The position numbers and the translations under genes are program-made. A stretch of DNA of 64,000 nt, from contig CBDHDC010000001.1 of the NCBI GenBank assembly GCA_965261195.1, positions 15,260 to 79,259 on the forward strand, in the 5' to 3' direction. Within the stretch, counting starts at the first letter, position 1, and the number at the start of each line of letters is the position of its first letter. The DNA is from Dehalococcoidia bacterium (GTDB lineage: Bacteria > Chloroflexota > Dehalococcoidia > Lucifugimonadales > UBA3495). This document shows positions 10,516 to 18,770 of the stretch, one piece after another. The notes below the pieces were generated by a model that saw nothing but the letters and a program-made list of their open reading frames with translations, ran no database searches and had not been told where the DNA came from.

Positions 10516-10688
10516 GAGGTCTGGCCGGAAAGCCATTGGCGGGGTTTCGCGCTACGCCAAGCAGACGTATTTCTGTCTTATACGGCATGGTAGTGTATGC
10601 AATACGTTTCAAGAACCAACTGTTACATCGATAATCGACGTTAAGAAAACGACGGCTTAGGGAGAATCGGGGTTTCCGGCCAGACTTC
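10516..10688. mobile_element. MITE family D (TIR GAGGTCTGGCCGGAAA)
   Basis: GAGGTCTGGCCGGAAAGCC at 10516 versus GGTTTCCGGCCAGACTTC ending at 10688 (17/19 complementary). TA-flanked, lying between the two family-C copies. Confidence 0.65.
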
Positions 10689-10690
10689 TA

Positions 10691-10836
10691 GTATTACAAC
10701 GACGGTTTATCTGACAGGGTGATTTTCGCGACCGATTTGGACCTGAACCGTACTGCCATGAGCGTACCGCGATTTCTCGCTCGTGGCCGAATACGAAGGA
10801 TCAGACACCATATTTGGCAATACGTCGTTGTAATAC
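10691..10836. mobile_element. MITE family C, copy 2
   Basis: Same 13-bp TIRs as 10367-10513 (10691-10703 and 10824-10836). TA-flanked. The interior differs from copy 1. Confidence 0.65.
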
Positions 10837-10923
10837 TAGCGGCGGTCCCGAACCGTCGTCCAAGTACAGGTGGAAGAGCTTCACTGTGGTACGTAAGCCG
10901 ACCTTTAGTAACCCACTAATGTA

Positions 10924-10947
10924 GATTTCATCGTGGCTTTAGTTTAG
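10924..10947. repeat. solo V-family terminal repeat remnant
   Basis: GATTTCATCGTGGCTTTAGTTTAG matches the V-family right TIR (CATTTCACCTTGGCTTTAGTTTAG) with 3 mismatches. A second solo tip lies at 25455-25473. Confidence 0.5.
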
Positions 10948-11289
10948 TTGTCAATCCAAGTTTATTTGAGCATAGGGAAACAAAGGCGAGGAGAACGGAG
11001 GTGAAATAGAGATGAGCTCTTCTCTGGTCTCGGGGGTACGATCGGTGTGAACCCTCTTAGCTGCCTTGGTGTGAGGATAACCGACGATCAGCCGGGACAA
11101 ATGCAAGTGTTGCCCCAAGAGGACACTAGAAGATAAACTCAGCGTGCCCGCGCGGGTCTGACCCCAGAGCCACGATGGTGGATTCCGGCGGGTGCGGGAA
11201 TGACGGGCCGAGTGCCGTACAGGTTTCAGACACTCTCTGAGGTCTATTGAATTCCCTCCAAGCCAGCTTGAAGGAGGCCCATTTCCATC

Positions 11290-12342
11290 ATGAAGTTCGC
11301 CCTTTTTTTACTGGGTTCGTGGACCGAGCCGGAGACCAGCGCCCAGAGCCGCATCTTCGGTGAAATGCTGGAACAGATTGAATACGCCGAAGAGGTGGGC
11401 TTCGATTCGATCTGGATTGCGGAGCACCACTCCAGCCGGTACGGCATCTGTCCCTCCCTGATGCCGCTGCTCAGCCACATCGCCGCACGCACCAGGAAGA
11501 TCCGAATCGGTGCCGGCGTCAGCGTCCTGCCTTTCCACAACCCCATTTTCCTGGCAGAAGAGAGCGCCATGCTGGACGTGCTGAGCAATGGCAGGCTGGA
11601 CTTCGGAGTTGGACGCGGGTCGGCGGACTACGAGTACGGCAACTTCAATGTCGACTTTGATACCCGGGACGGGCGAACTCAAGAGGCCCTGGACATTATC
11701 CTGGGGCTGTGGAGCCAGTCCGATTTCAGTTTTCAAGGGGAATTTTATCAGGTGAAAGACCTTACGATAGCTCCCCGGCCGGTGCAGCAGCCCCATCCCC
11801 CGGTGTACCTGGCCGTATCCCGCACCCCGGCCAGCGTGGACGTTGCCGTTTCGCGCGACCTTCCCATCCTGACCAGCTTTTCTACCCCGGAGGCCGATAA
11901 CCTGGGTCTGTTTTCCCTTTACGCTGAACGCTGCGCCGCCGTCGGAAAGGAACTTCCTATAGAAGAAATGCCCTATTTCCGGTTTGTGTACCTGGAGGAA
12001 GACGAACAGACAGCACGGGAATACCCCCGGCCGTCCCTGACCTGGGTCCGGGACCTTGGCGGTTATCGGCGCAACTTGACCCACGGCGATGAAATCAATG
12101 TGGACCTGGACCACTGGCGCCGAACCCGGACCGTCGAACCGGCCAGCTATGAGTCGGAACTGGAGACCACTGCCTACTTCGGCACACCGCAGCAATGTGT
12201 GCAGCGAATCACCAAGTTACGGGACGAACACGGCATCGGGTATTTTGGCGCCAGCATGTCCTTCGGCAGCATGGAGCACTCCAGGGTATTGCGCTCAATG
12301 GAGCTTTTCGCCAAGGAAGTGATGCCCAAGTTCCGGTCATAG
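11290..12342 (+). CDS. LLM-class (luciferase-like) flavin-dependent oxidoreductase
   Basis: MKFALFLLG...YAEEVGFDSIWIAEHHSSRYGICPSLMPLLSHIAARTRKIRIGAGVSVLPFHNPIFLAEESAMLDVLSNGRLDFGVGRG. Confidence 0.85.
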   Translation: MKFALFLLGSWTEPETSAQSRIFGEMLEQIEYAEEVGFDSIWIAEHHSSRYGICPSLMPLLSHIAARTRKIRIGAGVSVLPFHNPIFLAEESAMLDVLSNGRLDFGVGRGSADYEYGNFNVDFDTRDGRTQEALDIILGLWSQSDFSFQGEFYQVKDLTIAPRPVQQPHPPVYLAVSRTPASVDVAVSRDLPILTSFSTPEADNLGLFSLYAERCAAVGKELPIEEMPYFRFVYLEEDEQTAREYPRPSLTWVRDLGGYRRNLTHGDEINVDLDHWRRTRTVEPASYESELETTAYFGTPQQCVQRITKLRDEHGIGYFGASMSFGSMEHSRVLRSMELFAKEVMPKFRS

Positions 12343-12529
12343 GACTGCGTCACCGACTTTTACCAGCCCAGGCCCACGGTGCCGGTCATGACGATGACGG
12401 TATCCGGGGCGACTTGAGGATCATGCTCAAGTACCAGGATGACATTGAGGCGGGGCACACCGGGTCGCCGCGCGTCTTGCTGGCAAGTCCGCGTAACCGC
12501 GGCCACCGCAGTGGAAGGAGACGCATCCA

Positions 12530-13732
12530 ATGGCCATTCCCGAGAAACCTCAAAAAGCAGCCGTCATCGGCGCGGGCATCCTGGGCGCCGCCATCGCCTG
12601 GCGCCTGGCCCATCGCGGCGTCCACGTCGCCCTCATCGACAAGGGCCAGCCTGGCCACGGCGCGTCGAGCCACAGCTTTGCCTGGATCAATGCCGGGGCG
12701 AAAGAACCCATCGGGTATCACGACCTGAACCGCCGCTCCCTGGAGATGTGGCCCCGTTGCGCTGCCGGGATGGGCGATGATGGCGATCCGGACAGCGTCG
12801 GCCTCCGCTGGGGCGGAAAGGTTTCCTGGGAATCCGACCCGGTCGCCGCCGAAGAATTGGTGGCCCGGGTGCGGCAGCTACAGTCCTGGGGCTACCCGAC
12901 CCGCCTGATCGACGCGGGCGAGCTCAAGCGCTTGGAACCGGGGCTGGACGTCGGCCCGGTGGCTGCCGCCGAGTACAGTCCCAACGAAAGCCAGGTGGAG
13001 CCGCAGATGGTGGTCGATGCCTGCCTGCGCCGCCTTCGCGAAATGGGTTGTGAGATTAATCCGGACACGGAAGTTTGTGGATTTGAGCAGGATGATGATG
13101 GCCGGATCCACGGCCTGGCAACCAGCTCTGGCTTCAGGGATGTGGATGCAGTGGTCATCGCCGCGGGCACCGGGACCACCGGCCTGGCGGCCCTGGCTGG
13201 CATCAACGTGCCCCAGGCGGAAAGTCCCGGGGTGGTGATACGGACGAACCCGATGCCGCCCCTGCTCCACAATGTGCCGGTGGTATACGCGCCACCCCTG
13301 GGCGATGGCCGCCGGGAGATTCATCTGCGACAGTGCGCCGACGGTCGCCTGATGATCGGGGAAGGCGACCAGGAGAGTCTGGCCGAAGACGACACCCAGG
13401 CCCACGCCGACGACCTGCTGGCCCGGGCCAGCCGCTATCTGCCGGGACTCGCCGGTGCGCAGGCCGTTCCGGTGCCGGTGGGCTGGCGTCCCATGCCGCT
13501 GGACGGCTATCCGGTGATAGGGTTTGCGTCCGAGGCGCCCAACCTGTACGTTGCCCTCACCCACAGCGGCGTTACCCTGGCTCCGGCATTGAGCGAGTTG
13601 GCCACCCAGGAAATTTGCGACGGGACGCCGGCGGACGCGGTGCTGGGGCCCTATCGTCCGCAAAGGTTCGCCGGTCTGACACCCGAGGAAATGGCGGCGG
13701 CCAACCACCCCCGCGCCGCCAAGCTCCATTAA
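12530..13732 (+). CDS. FAD-dependent oxidoreductase (DAO family)
   Basis: N-terminal Rossmann motif AAVIGAGILGAAIAWRLAHRGVHVALIDKG. 400-aa ORF with GGAAGGAG upstream. Confidence 0.8.
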   Translation: MAIPEKPQKAAVIGAGILGAAIAWRLAHRGVHVALIDKGQPGHGASSHSFAWINAGAKEPIGYHDLNRRSLEMWPRCAAGMGDDGDPDSVGLRWGGKVSWESDPVAAEELVARVRQLQSWGYPTRLIDAGELKRLEPGLDVGPVAAAEYSPNESQVEPQMVVDACLRRLREMGCEINPDTEVCGFEQDDDGRIHGLATSSGFRDVDAVVIAAGTGTTGLAALAGINVPQAESPGVVIRTNPMPPLLHNVPVVYAPPLGDGRREIHLRQCADGRLMIGEGDQESLAEDDTQAHADDLLARASRYLPGLAGAQAVPVPVGWRPMPLDGYPVIGFASEAPNLYVALTHSGVTLAPALSELATQEICDGTPADAVLGPYRPQRFAGLTPEEMAAANHPRAAKLH

Positions 13733-13977
13733 CCCTTGAAGTGATCCTGCTCAAGGTCGTGGACCCAAGCGGTGGTTGAGTCTTCAACGTGTGTTGCGGA
13801 TCTTCCGCGGTCCATGGGCGGGCCGCAAGTGCCGCATATCCGGCCACCTGCTCTCCTACGGACCACCGGATCTGGAGGTTTGAACTCCGCTGAACGTCCG
13901 CCAAGGCGGGCACCGAGTCTTCATCGACAATCAGATGGTCCCCTGCCCGCCGAACGCCCGTAAAACTACAGGGCCCA

Positions 13978-14649
13978 CTAGGCCGGAAAGATGCGCTGGT
14001 ATATCCCAGGAGACCCGGTCTCATGCACCATGTGGGGCCGGATTTCGCTGTTCCAGACCGGGGTTACCAGGGTTCGCCAACCGTCCCAGGCGGGGCTTTC
14101 CGACACGGCCACGGATTCCATCTCGTGTACCGTCATGTACTTGGGTTGTCCCTCAACCGCCTCAAACCGGCGGTTGCGAATGTAGCCGGGGACCTTGTAA
14201 CACTCGGGCAGACGTTCCGTGTTGTAGGCGTCGTTGAACTTCGCTTCCAACTCCGGAGGCACCGACATCCGGCCCACCAGAAGCGTCGGGGACATGTCGC
14301 CCTCGGCGGTTTCCCGAGGCAACTCGTCAGGGAAAATCAGCCGGTAAAGGTTGCGAATGTAGTTCTGCCCCACCACGCTGGGGGACATTCGTTGGCTCCA
14401 TTCCGTGGGGTTCTCGTGCTGGTGACGCCAGGCGTCGGAGTGGAAGGTCTCGGCCTGGTCCAGCTCGTAGCAGGCCAGGTACTTGGGGCTATCCTGATGC
14501 GCCTCGTACCGGGCCGCGCTCAACACGCCGGGAATGGATAGCCGCTCCGGCAGGTGCTCCTCGTTGTACCAGCGGTTGAACTCCTCCTCCACCTCGGGGG
14601 GAACATCGGTAAAGACCATCAACATTCCTCTACCCTTTGTCTCTGCCAT
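13978..14649 (-). CDS. tandem dimeric alpha/beta-barrel (EthD/DUF4286-like) protein
   Basis: Two internal repeats of the pattern VPPE.E..FN.WYN.EHLPE...PG...ARR(Y/F)EA...PKY(L/M). The family call is tentative. Confidence 0.5.
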   Translation of the reverse strand: MAETKGRGMLMVFTDVPPEVEEEFNRWYNEEHLPERLSIPGVLSAARYEAHQDSPKYLACYELDQAETFHSDAWRHQHENPTEWSQRMSPSVVGQNYIRNLYRLIFPDELPRETAEGDMSPTLLVGRMSVPPELEAKFNDAYNTERLPECYKVPGYIRNRRFEAVEGQPKYMTVHEMESVAVSESPAWDGWRTLVTPVWNSEIRPHMVHETGSPGIYQRIFPA

Positions 14650-14919
14650 CCTCGACCTCCAGAATCGATTTAACGGGGTCGCTCTTCGTGAGCATCAGTC
14701 CCGCCGGACCGTTGCTTATACGGCCCCTGGCCTGCTGAGCATGGTATAGTCAGCGGCGGATACGAGTCAACGAAGTGGCCAGGCAAGAGATGGAGGCCTG
14801 GCAGCCATATCATCGGTTGGAAAACGGCATCCGCCAAATCTCCGAAAGTCTGAGGGAGACGGTCATCAGTCCATCGGTGGAGCAACGCCATCCCGACAAA
14901 CCAGTTTCAGGAGGCTACC

Positions 14920-15825
14920 ATGCCCGATAATTTGGACCAAATCGTAGAATCCTCCGCGGCGGAGCGGCTGGCCACCGGGTTCGAGTTCACCGAAGGGCCC
15001 CTGTGGCACCCGGAAGGCCACTTGTTATTCGTGAACAACCGCATCAACGTCATCTATCGCCTGACGCCCGGCGGCGAACCCGAGGTCATACGGGAAAACA
15101 GCGGGGCCGCCAACGGCCTGACCTTCGACCTTGAGGGCAGGCTGATAATGTGCGAAGGGGACAACCGGCAGATGACCCGTTGGGAACCCGGCGGCTCCAT
15201 CACCGTAATCGCCGACCGCTGGGAGGGCAAGCGGATACACCGGCCCAACGATGTGGTGTGCCGCTCCGACGGCAGCATCTACTTCACCAGCCCCGGCGGC
15301 CGGCTGCCCCCGGAAGAGCGGGAAATTGACTTCCACGGAATCCACCGGATCGCCCCCGATGGCACAGTGACCGCCGTGGTCACCGACTTGGAATCGCCCA
15401 ACGGCCTGGCCTTCTCTCCCGACGAGACCATTCTGTATGCCGACAATACCCGCCGCGACGACGAATGTGCGGCGGAGAAGGAACGGGGCGAGGTTTGTAC
15501 CCACCAGTACATCCGGGCCTACGACGTGGCCCCGGACGGCTCGGTGAGCAATAGCCGCCTGTTCGCCAACATGCACTCGGCGGAGGACGGCGTCCCCGAT
15601 GGGATGAAGGTTGATTCCGAAGGACGGGTGTACTGCACCGGCGCGGGGGGAGTTTGGGTCTTCGAGCCGGACGGTTCCCTGGTTGGGATAATCCGGCTGC
15701 CCGAGATTCCGGCCAACTGCGCATGGGGCGACGCCGACTGCCGTACCATGTACTTCACCGCCCGCAGCTCGGTCTACCGGCTTCGGATGAAGACCACCGG
15801 AATCAACCCCTGGCGGGGCGGCTGA
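14920..15825 (+). CDS. SMP-30/gluconolactonase/LRE family protein
   Basis: FTEGPLWHPEGHLLF, ANGLTFDLEGRLIMCEG, RPNDVVCRSDGSIYFTSP, PNGLAFSPDE, PDGMKVDSEGRVY. AGGAGG lies before the ATG. Confidence 0.85.
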   Translation: MPDNLDQIVESSAAERLATGFEFTEGPLWHPEGHLLFVNNRINVIYRLTPGGEPEVIRENSGAANGLTFDLEGRLIMCEGDNRQMTRWEPGGSITVIADRWEGKRIHRPNDVVCRSDGSIYFTSPGGRLPPEEREIDFHGIHRIAPDGTVTAVVTDLESPNGLAFSPDETILYADNTRRDDECAAEKERGEVCTHQYIRAYDVAPDGSVSNSRLFANMHSAEDGVPDGMKVDSEGRVYCTGAGGVWVFEPDGSLVGIIRLPEIPANCAWGDADCRTMYFTARSSVYRLRMKTTGINPWRGG

Positions 15826-15874
15826 CCGGCCCTCTTGCAGGGGCGCCTGGCGGATGCAAAGGAGGAGCCATCTT

Positions 15875-16768
15875 ATGGCAGGACGCGACCTGATCGGCTA
15901 CGGCCCCAATTCGCCGGTGGTGGAATGGCCCAATGGCGCCCGGATTGCCGTATCGTTTGTCGTCAACTACGAGGAAGGGTCGGAAAATTCCATCCTGGAT
16001 GGGGACCCTCATGGCGAGACGGTTGGCGAGTCGCCGTCGCCGGTAGCCAGGGGAGAGAGGGACCTGGCAAATGAGTCTTTCTTCGAGTATGGGAGCCGGG
16101 TCGGCGTCTGGCGCATACTCGACCTGCTGGACGAGTATGGCGTCAACTCGACATTTTTCGCCTGCGCCCTGGCACTGGAGCGCAACCCGGAAGTGGGGCC
16201 GGAGGTCGTCCGCCGGGGACACGAGGTAATGGGCCACGGCAACCGCTGGGAAGAATACTACAAGATGGACCGGGAGGCTGAACGGCAGGCCATCCATGAG
16301 GCGGTGGCCTCCATCACCCGCACCACCGGGCAGCGTCCGCTGGGGTGGTACACGCGTTACGGACCCAGCGTGAACACCCGGGAACTGGTGGTGGCGGAAG
16401 GCGGGTTCGTCTACGACTGCAACGCCTACAACGACGACCTGCCCTATTACACTGAGGTCCACGGAAACCCGTGGCTGGTGGTGCCCTACTCGTTGGAGGT
16501 CAACGACTACGGGTTCTGGCGTGGCCAGTTGTCCACGCCCAACGACTTCTTCGAGTCGGCGCGCAACTGTTTCGACACTCTCTACCGGGAGGGAGCGACC
16601 CACCCCAAGATGATGTCGGTGGGACTCCATTGCCGCATCATCGGCAAGCCGGCCCGGGCTGCGGCGCTGCGCCGGTTCCTGGAATATGTGAAGGGCAAGC
16701 CCGATGTTTGGCTGCCCCGGCGCATCGACATCGCCCGGTGGTGGCTGGACAATTACCCGGCCCAGTAA
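15875..16768 (+). CDS. polysaccharide deacetylase family protein (PuuE-type allantoinase-like)
   Basis: MAGRDLIGYGPNSPVVEWPNGARIAVSFVVNYEEGSE...YGSRVGVWRILDLLDEYGVNSTFFACALALERNP...GHEVMGHGNRW. Confidence 0.7.
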   Translation: MAGRDLIGYGPNSPVVEWPNGARIAVSFVVNYEEGSENSILDGDPHGETVGESPSPVARGERDLANESFFEYGSRVGVWRILDLLDEYGVNSTFFACALALERNPEVGPEVVRRGHEVMGHGNRWEEYYKMDREAERQAIHEAVASITRTTGQRPLGWYTRYGPSVNTRELVVAEGGFVYDCNAYNDDLPYYTEVHGNPWLVVPYSLEVNDYGFWRGQLSTPNDFFESARNCFDTLYREGATHPKMMSVGLHCRIIGKPARAAALRRFLEYVKGKPDVWLPRRIDIARWWLDNYPAQ

Positions 16769-17100
16769 ACGAGGACCAGTTTTGGTTGACCTGATTGCCC
16801 GGCCATACTGCTCTCCCTTCTGGTTGCGAACTCCCAAGACCATCAATTCAAAACGGTTGGACTGACAGGACAAATCGATAATTGGGGGGAAACAAAAATC
16901 AGAAGCGAGGCAACAATTTAGACCAGAGAAGTAGAGTGTTACTCTGGGTCAATCGTGCGGGGAGGGGGACGAGGATGAAACGGTACGAGGTCAGTGCATC
17001 CCAGTGGCGGCTGAATTTATCGTGGGTGAATGTATGGAAATGGACGGCGGCCAGGCCGCCTGAGCCATCAAGGTCAGCGCACCCTTTCGGAGGAAGGCAG

Positions 17101-17568
17101 ATGGTGAGTTTAGAGGACATCGAACGCAGGCTTCGGGCCCTGGAAGATGTAGAGGAGATCAAGCGTCTCAAGGCCCGTTACTGCACCTACTGCGACGACA
17201 ACTATGACGCCGACAAGATCGCCAGCCTGTTTGTCGAAGACGCGATTTGGGACGGCGGCATTCGGGGCAAAGCTGAAGGACGGGATGGAATCCGCAACTT
17301 CTTCGTCAACGCTTCGAAGAGGCTGCCCTTCGCCATTCACATGGTGATGAACCCCATCATCGAGGTTAATGGGGACGCTGCCACCGGCATCTGGTACCTG
17401 TTCCAAGCGTGCACCTACGCAGACGGCGACCGGGCGGTATGGGGATCGGCAAGGTACGACGAAGAGTACGTCAGGGTAAACGGCGTCTGGATGTTCAAAC
17501 ACCTGAAGCTAACGTCCCACTTCTGGACCCCCTTCAACGAAGGGTGGGTCAAGGCCCAATTCGTGTAG
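17101..17568 (+). CDS. SnoaL-like (NTF2 superfamily) protein
   Basis: MVSLEDIERRLRALEDVEEIKRLKARYCTYCDDNYDADKIASLFVEDAIWDGG... GGAGGAAGG lies before ATG 17101. The listed 16882 start is probably too far upstream. Confidence 0.7.
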   Translation: MVSLEDIERRLRALEDVEEIKRLKARYCTYCDDNYDADKIASLFVEDAIWDGGIRGKAEGRDGIRNFFVNASKRLPFAIHMVMNPIIEVNGDAATGIWYLFQACTYADGDRAVWGSARYDEEYVRVNGVWMFKHLKLTSHFWTPFNEGWVKAQFV

Positions 17569-17570
17569 GC

Positions 17571-17645
17571 ATGGGGACCATGGGTCAGATGGACGGAATG
17601 GTCGCAATCGTCACCGGCGCCAGCCGAGGACTGGGGCAGGCCCTA
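17571..17645 (+). pseudogene. 5' stub of an SDR-family oxidoreductase, cut by an IS630 insertion
   Basis: MGTMGQMDGMVAIVTGASRGLGQA (TGxxxGxG cofactor motif) runs directly into C-TA-GTAGTCAGTCAA, the IS630 terminus at 17646. Confidence 0.75.
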
Positions 17646-18425
17646 GTAGTCAGTCAACTTTGGAATCAAAAGGGTAGAGGCGGTGGAGTTTGGTTCGAGC
17701 ATCCTGGGTTTTGAACCGCCAGTTGATACCAACTCGGGCGGCGTTGCGCTCCCGCACCAGTGCCTGGACTTCCCTCCCGAGAGCCTCCTCGTCGGGGAGC
17801 CGCTGCTTCAGGCAGCAGCGGGACAGTACGCTGAACTCGATTTCCGCCATGTTCAACCAACTCCCGTGCTTCGGAGTGTAGTGGACCTCCAGCCGTTTCG
17901 CAATCCGCCGGGCCTCGGCCGCTGGGAACGTCTCGTACAGCGGCGCCGCGCGGTGGGTGTTGAGATTGTCCAGGACCACCCGCACCACCGGGGTCTCCGG
18001 ATGGGCTTCATCCACCAGCCAGCGCATCTGGTGGGCGAAGTCCTGCATGGTGCGCCGCTGGGTCACCGCCACCTGCCGCCACCCGGCCAGCGGCTCGCAG
18101 GCCAGGAACAGGTTTCGGGCGCCTTCCCTGCGGTACTCGTAGTCCTGCCGCAGGGGAAGTCCAGGCCGGAGCGGCAGTGAGGGCCGAGTCTCCGCCAGCA
18201 ACTGGGTGGAGGTCTCGTCAAAGCAGACCACCGGACGCTGGGGGTCATACGGTTCGGCGTACAGGTCCAGCGCTTCCTCCATGTTGGCCACGAACTCGGC
18301 GCTCACCTTGGGGATGCACCACTCCTGCTTCTGCCACGGCTTGAGAACGTTTTTTTGAGACGCTTACGCACTCCCTCGTGGGACATGGAGGACGCCAGCC
18401 CCAGTTCCACCACCTTGCCAGCCAA
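17646..18425 (-). mobile_element. IS630-family element, copy 1, truncated on its transposase 5' side
   Basis: TIR GTAGTCAGTCAA sits after a TA. The DDE half is listed as 17650..18306 (VVLDNLNTHRAAPLYETF...HYTPKHGSWLNMAEIEF). Only ...LAGKVVELGLASSMSHEGVRKRLKK of the N-terminal half remains. An A7 run at 18354-18360 links the two frames by -1. Confidence 0.85.
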
Positions 18426-18505
18426 TGGTTCAGCCCGACGCCGTAGTTGAGGTCTCGGATGGCATTCTCGATCTCGGCGTGGCGGCGATGATCAGCCTCC
18501 AGTTC
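18426..18505 (-). pseudogene. C-terminal scrap of an IS1380-family transposase
   Basis: LELEADHRRHAEIENAIRDLNYGVGLNH (a motif typical of IS1380 transposases) abuts the truncated IS630. Confidence 0.5.
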
Positions 18506-18659
18506 CAGGGTCTCTCCGTCCCGGTCTGTGCCGGCCTGTGACGGCCGAGTCCAGCGCATCCCACATCCACTCCGACAACTCCCGCCCGCTCCAGTTCGCC
18601 GACGCTCCCCAGGTAGCCTCCTGCTCCGGCGTCATGGTGAGCTCCACCTGGTCGTTCAT
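18492..18659 (-). CDS. small RHH-like protein downstream of the type IIG gene (3' end possibly replaced)
   Basis: MNDQVELTMTPEQEATWGASANWSGRELSEWMWDALDSAV aligns with the C-terminal module of 52163..52660 (EVEITLTRSQEDVCHTAAHRSGQELAEWMREALDSAV). Confidence 0.45.
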   Translation of the reverse strand: MNDQVELTMTPEQEATWGASANWSGRELSEWMWDALDSAVTGRHRPGRRDPGTGG

Positions 18660-18770
18660 GCCTCCCGGAAAGGCTGCGCAAGGCCGACGGACGAGCCACA
18701 TCCCAGCCCCTTCGACAAGCTCAGGCCCAACGGGCGTTGTCAACCATATTTGTCGGTTTGGCGTCAATCA

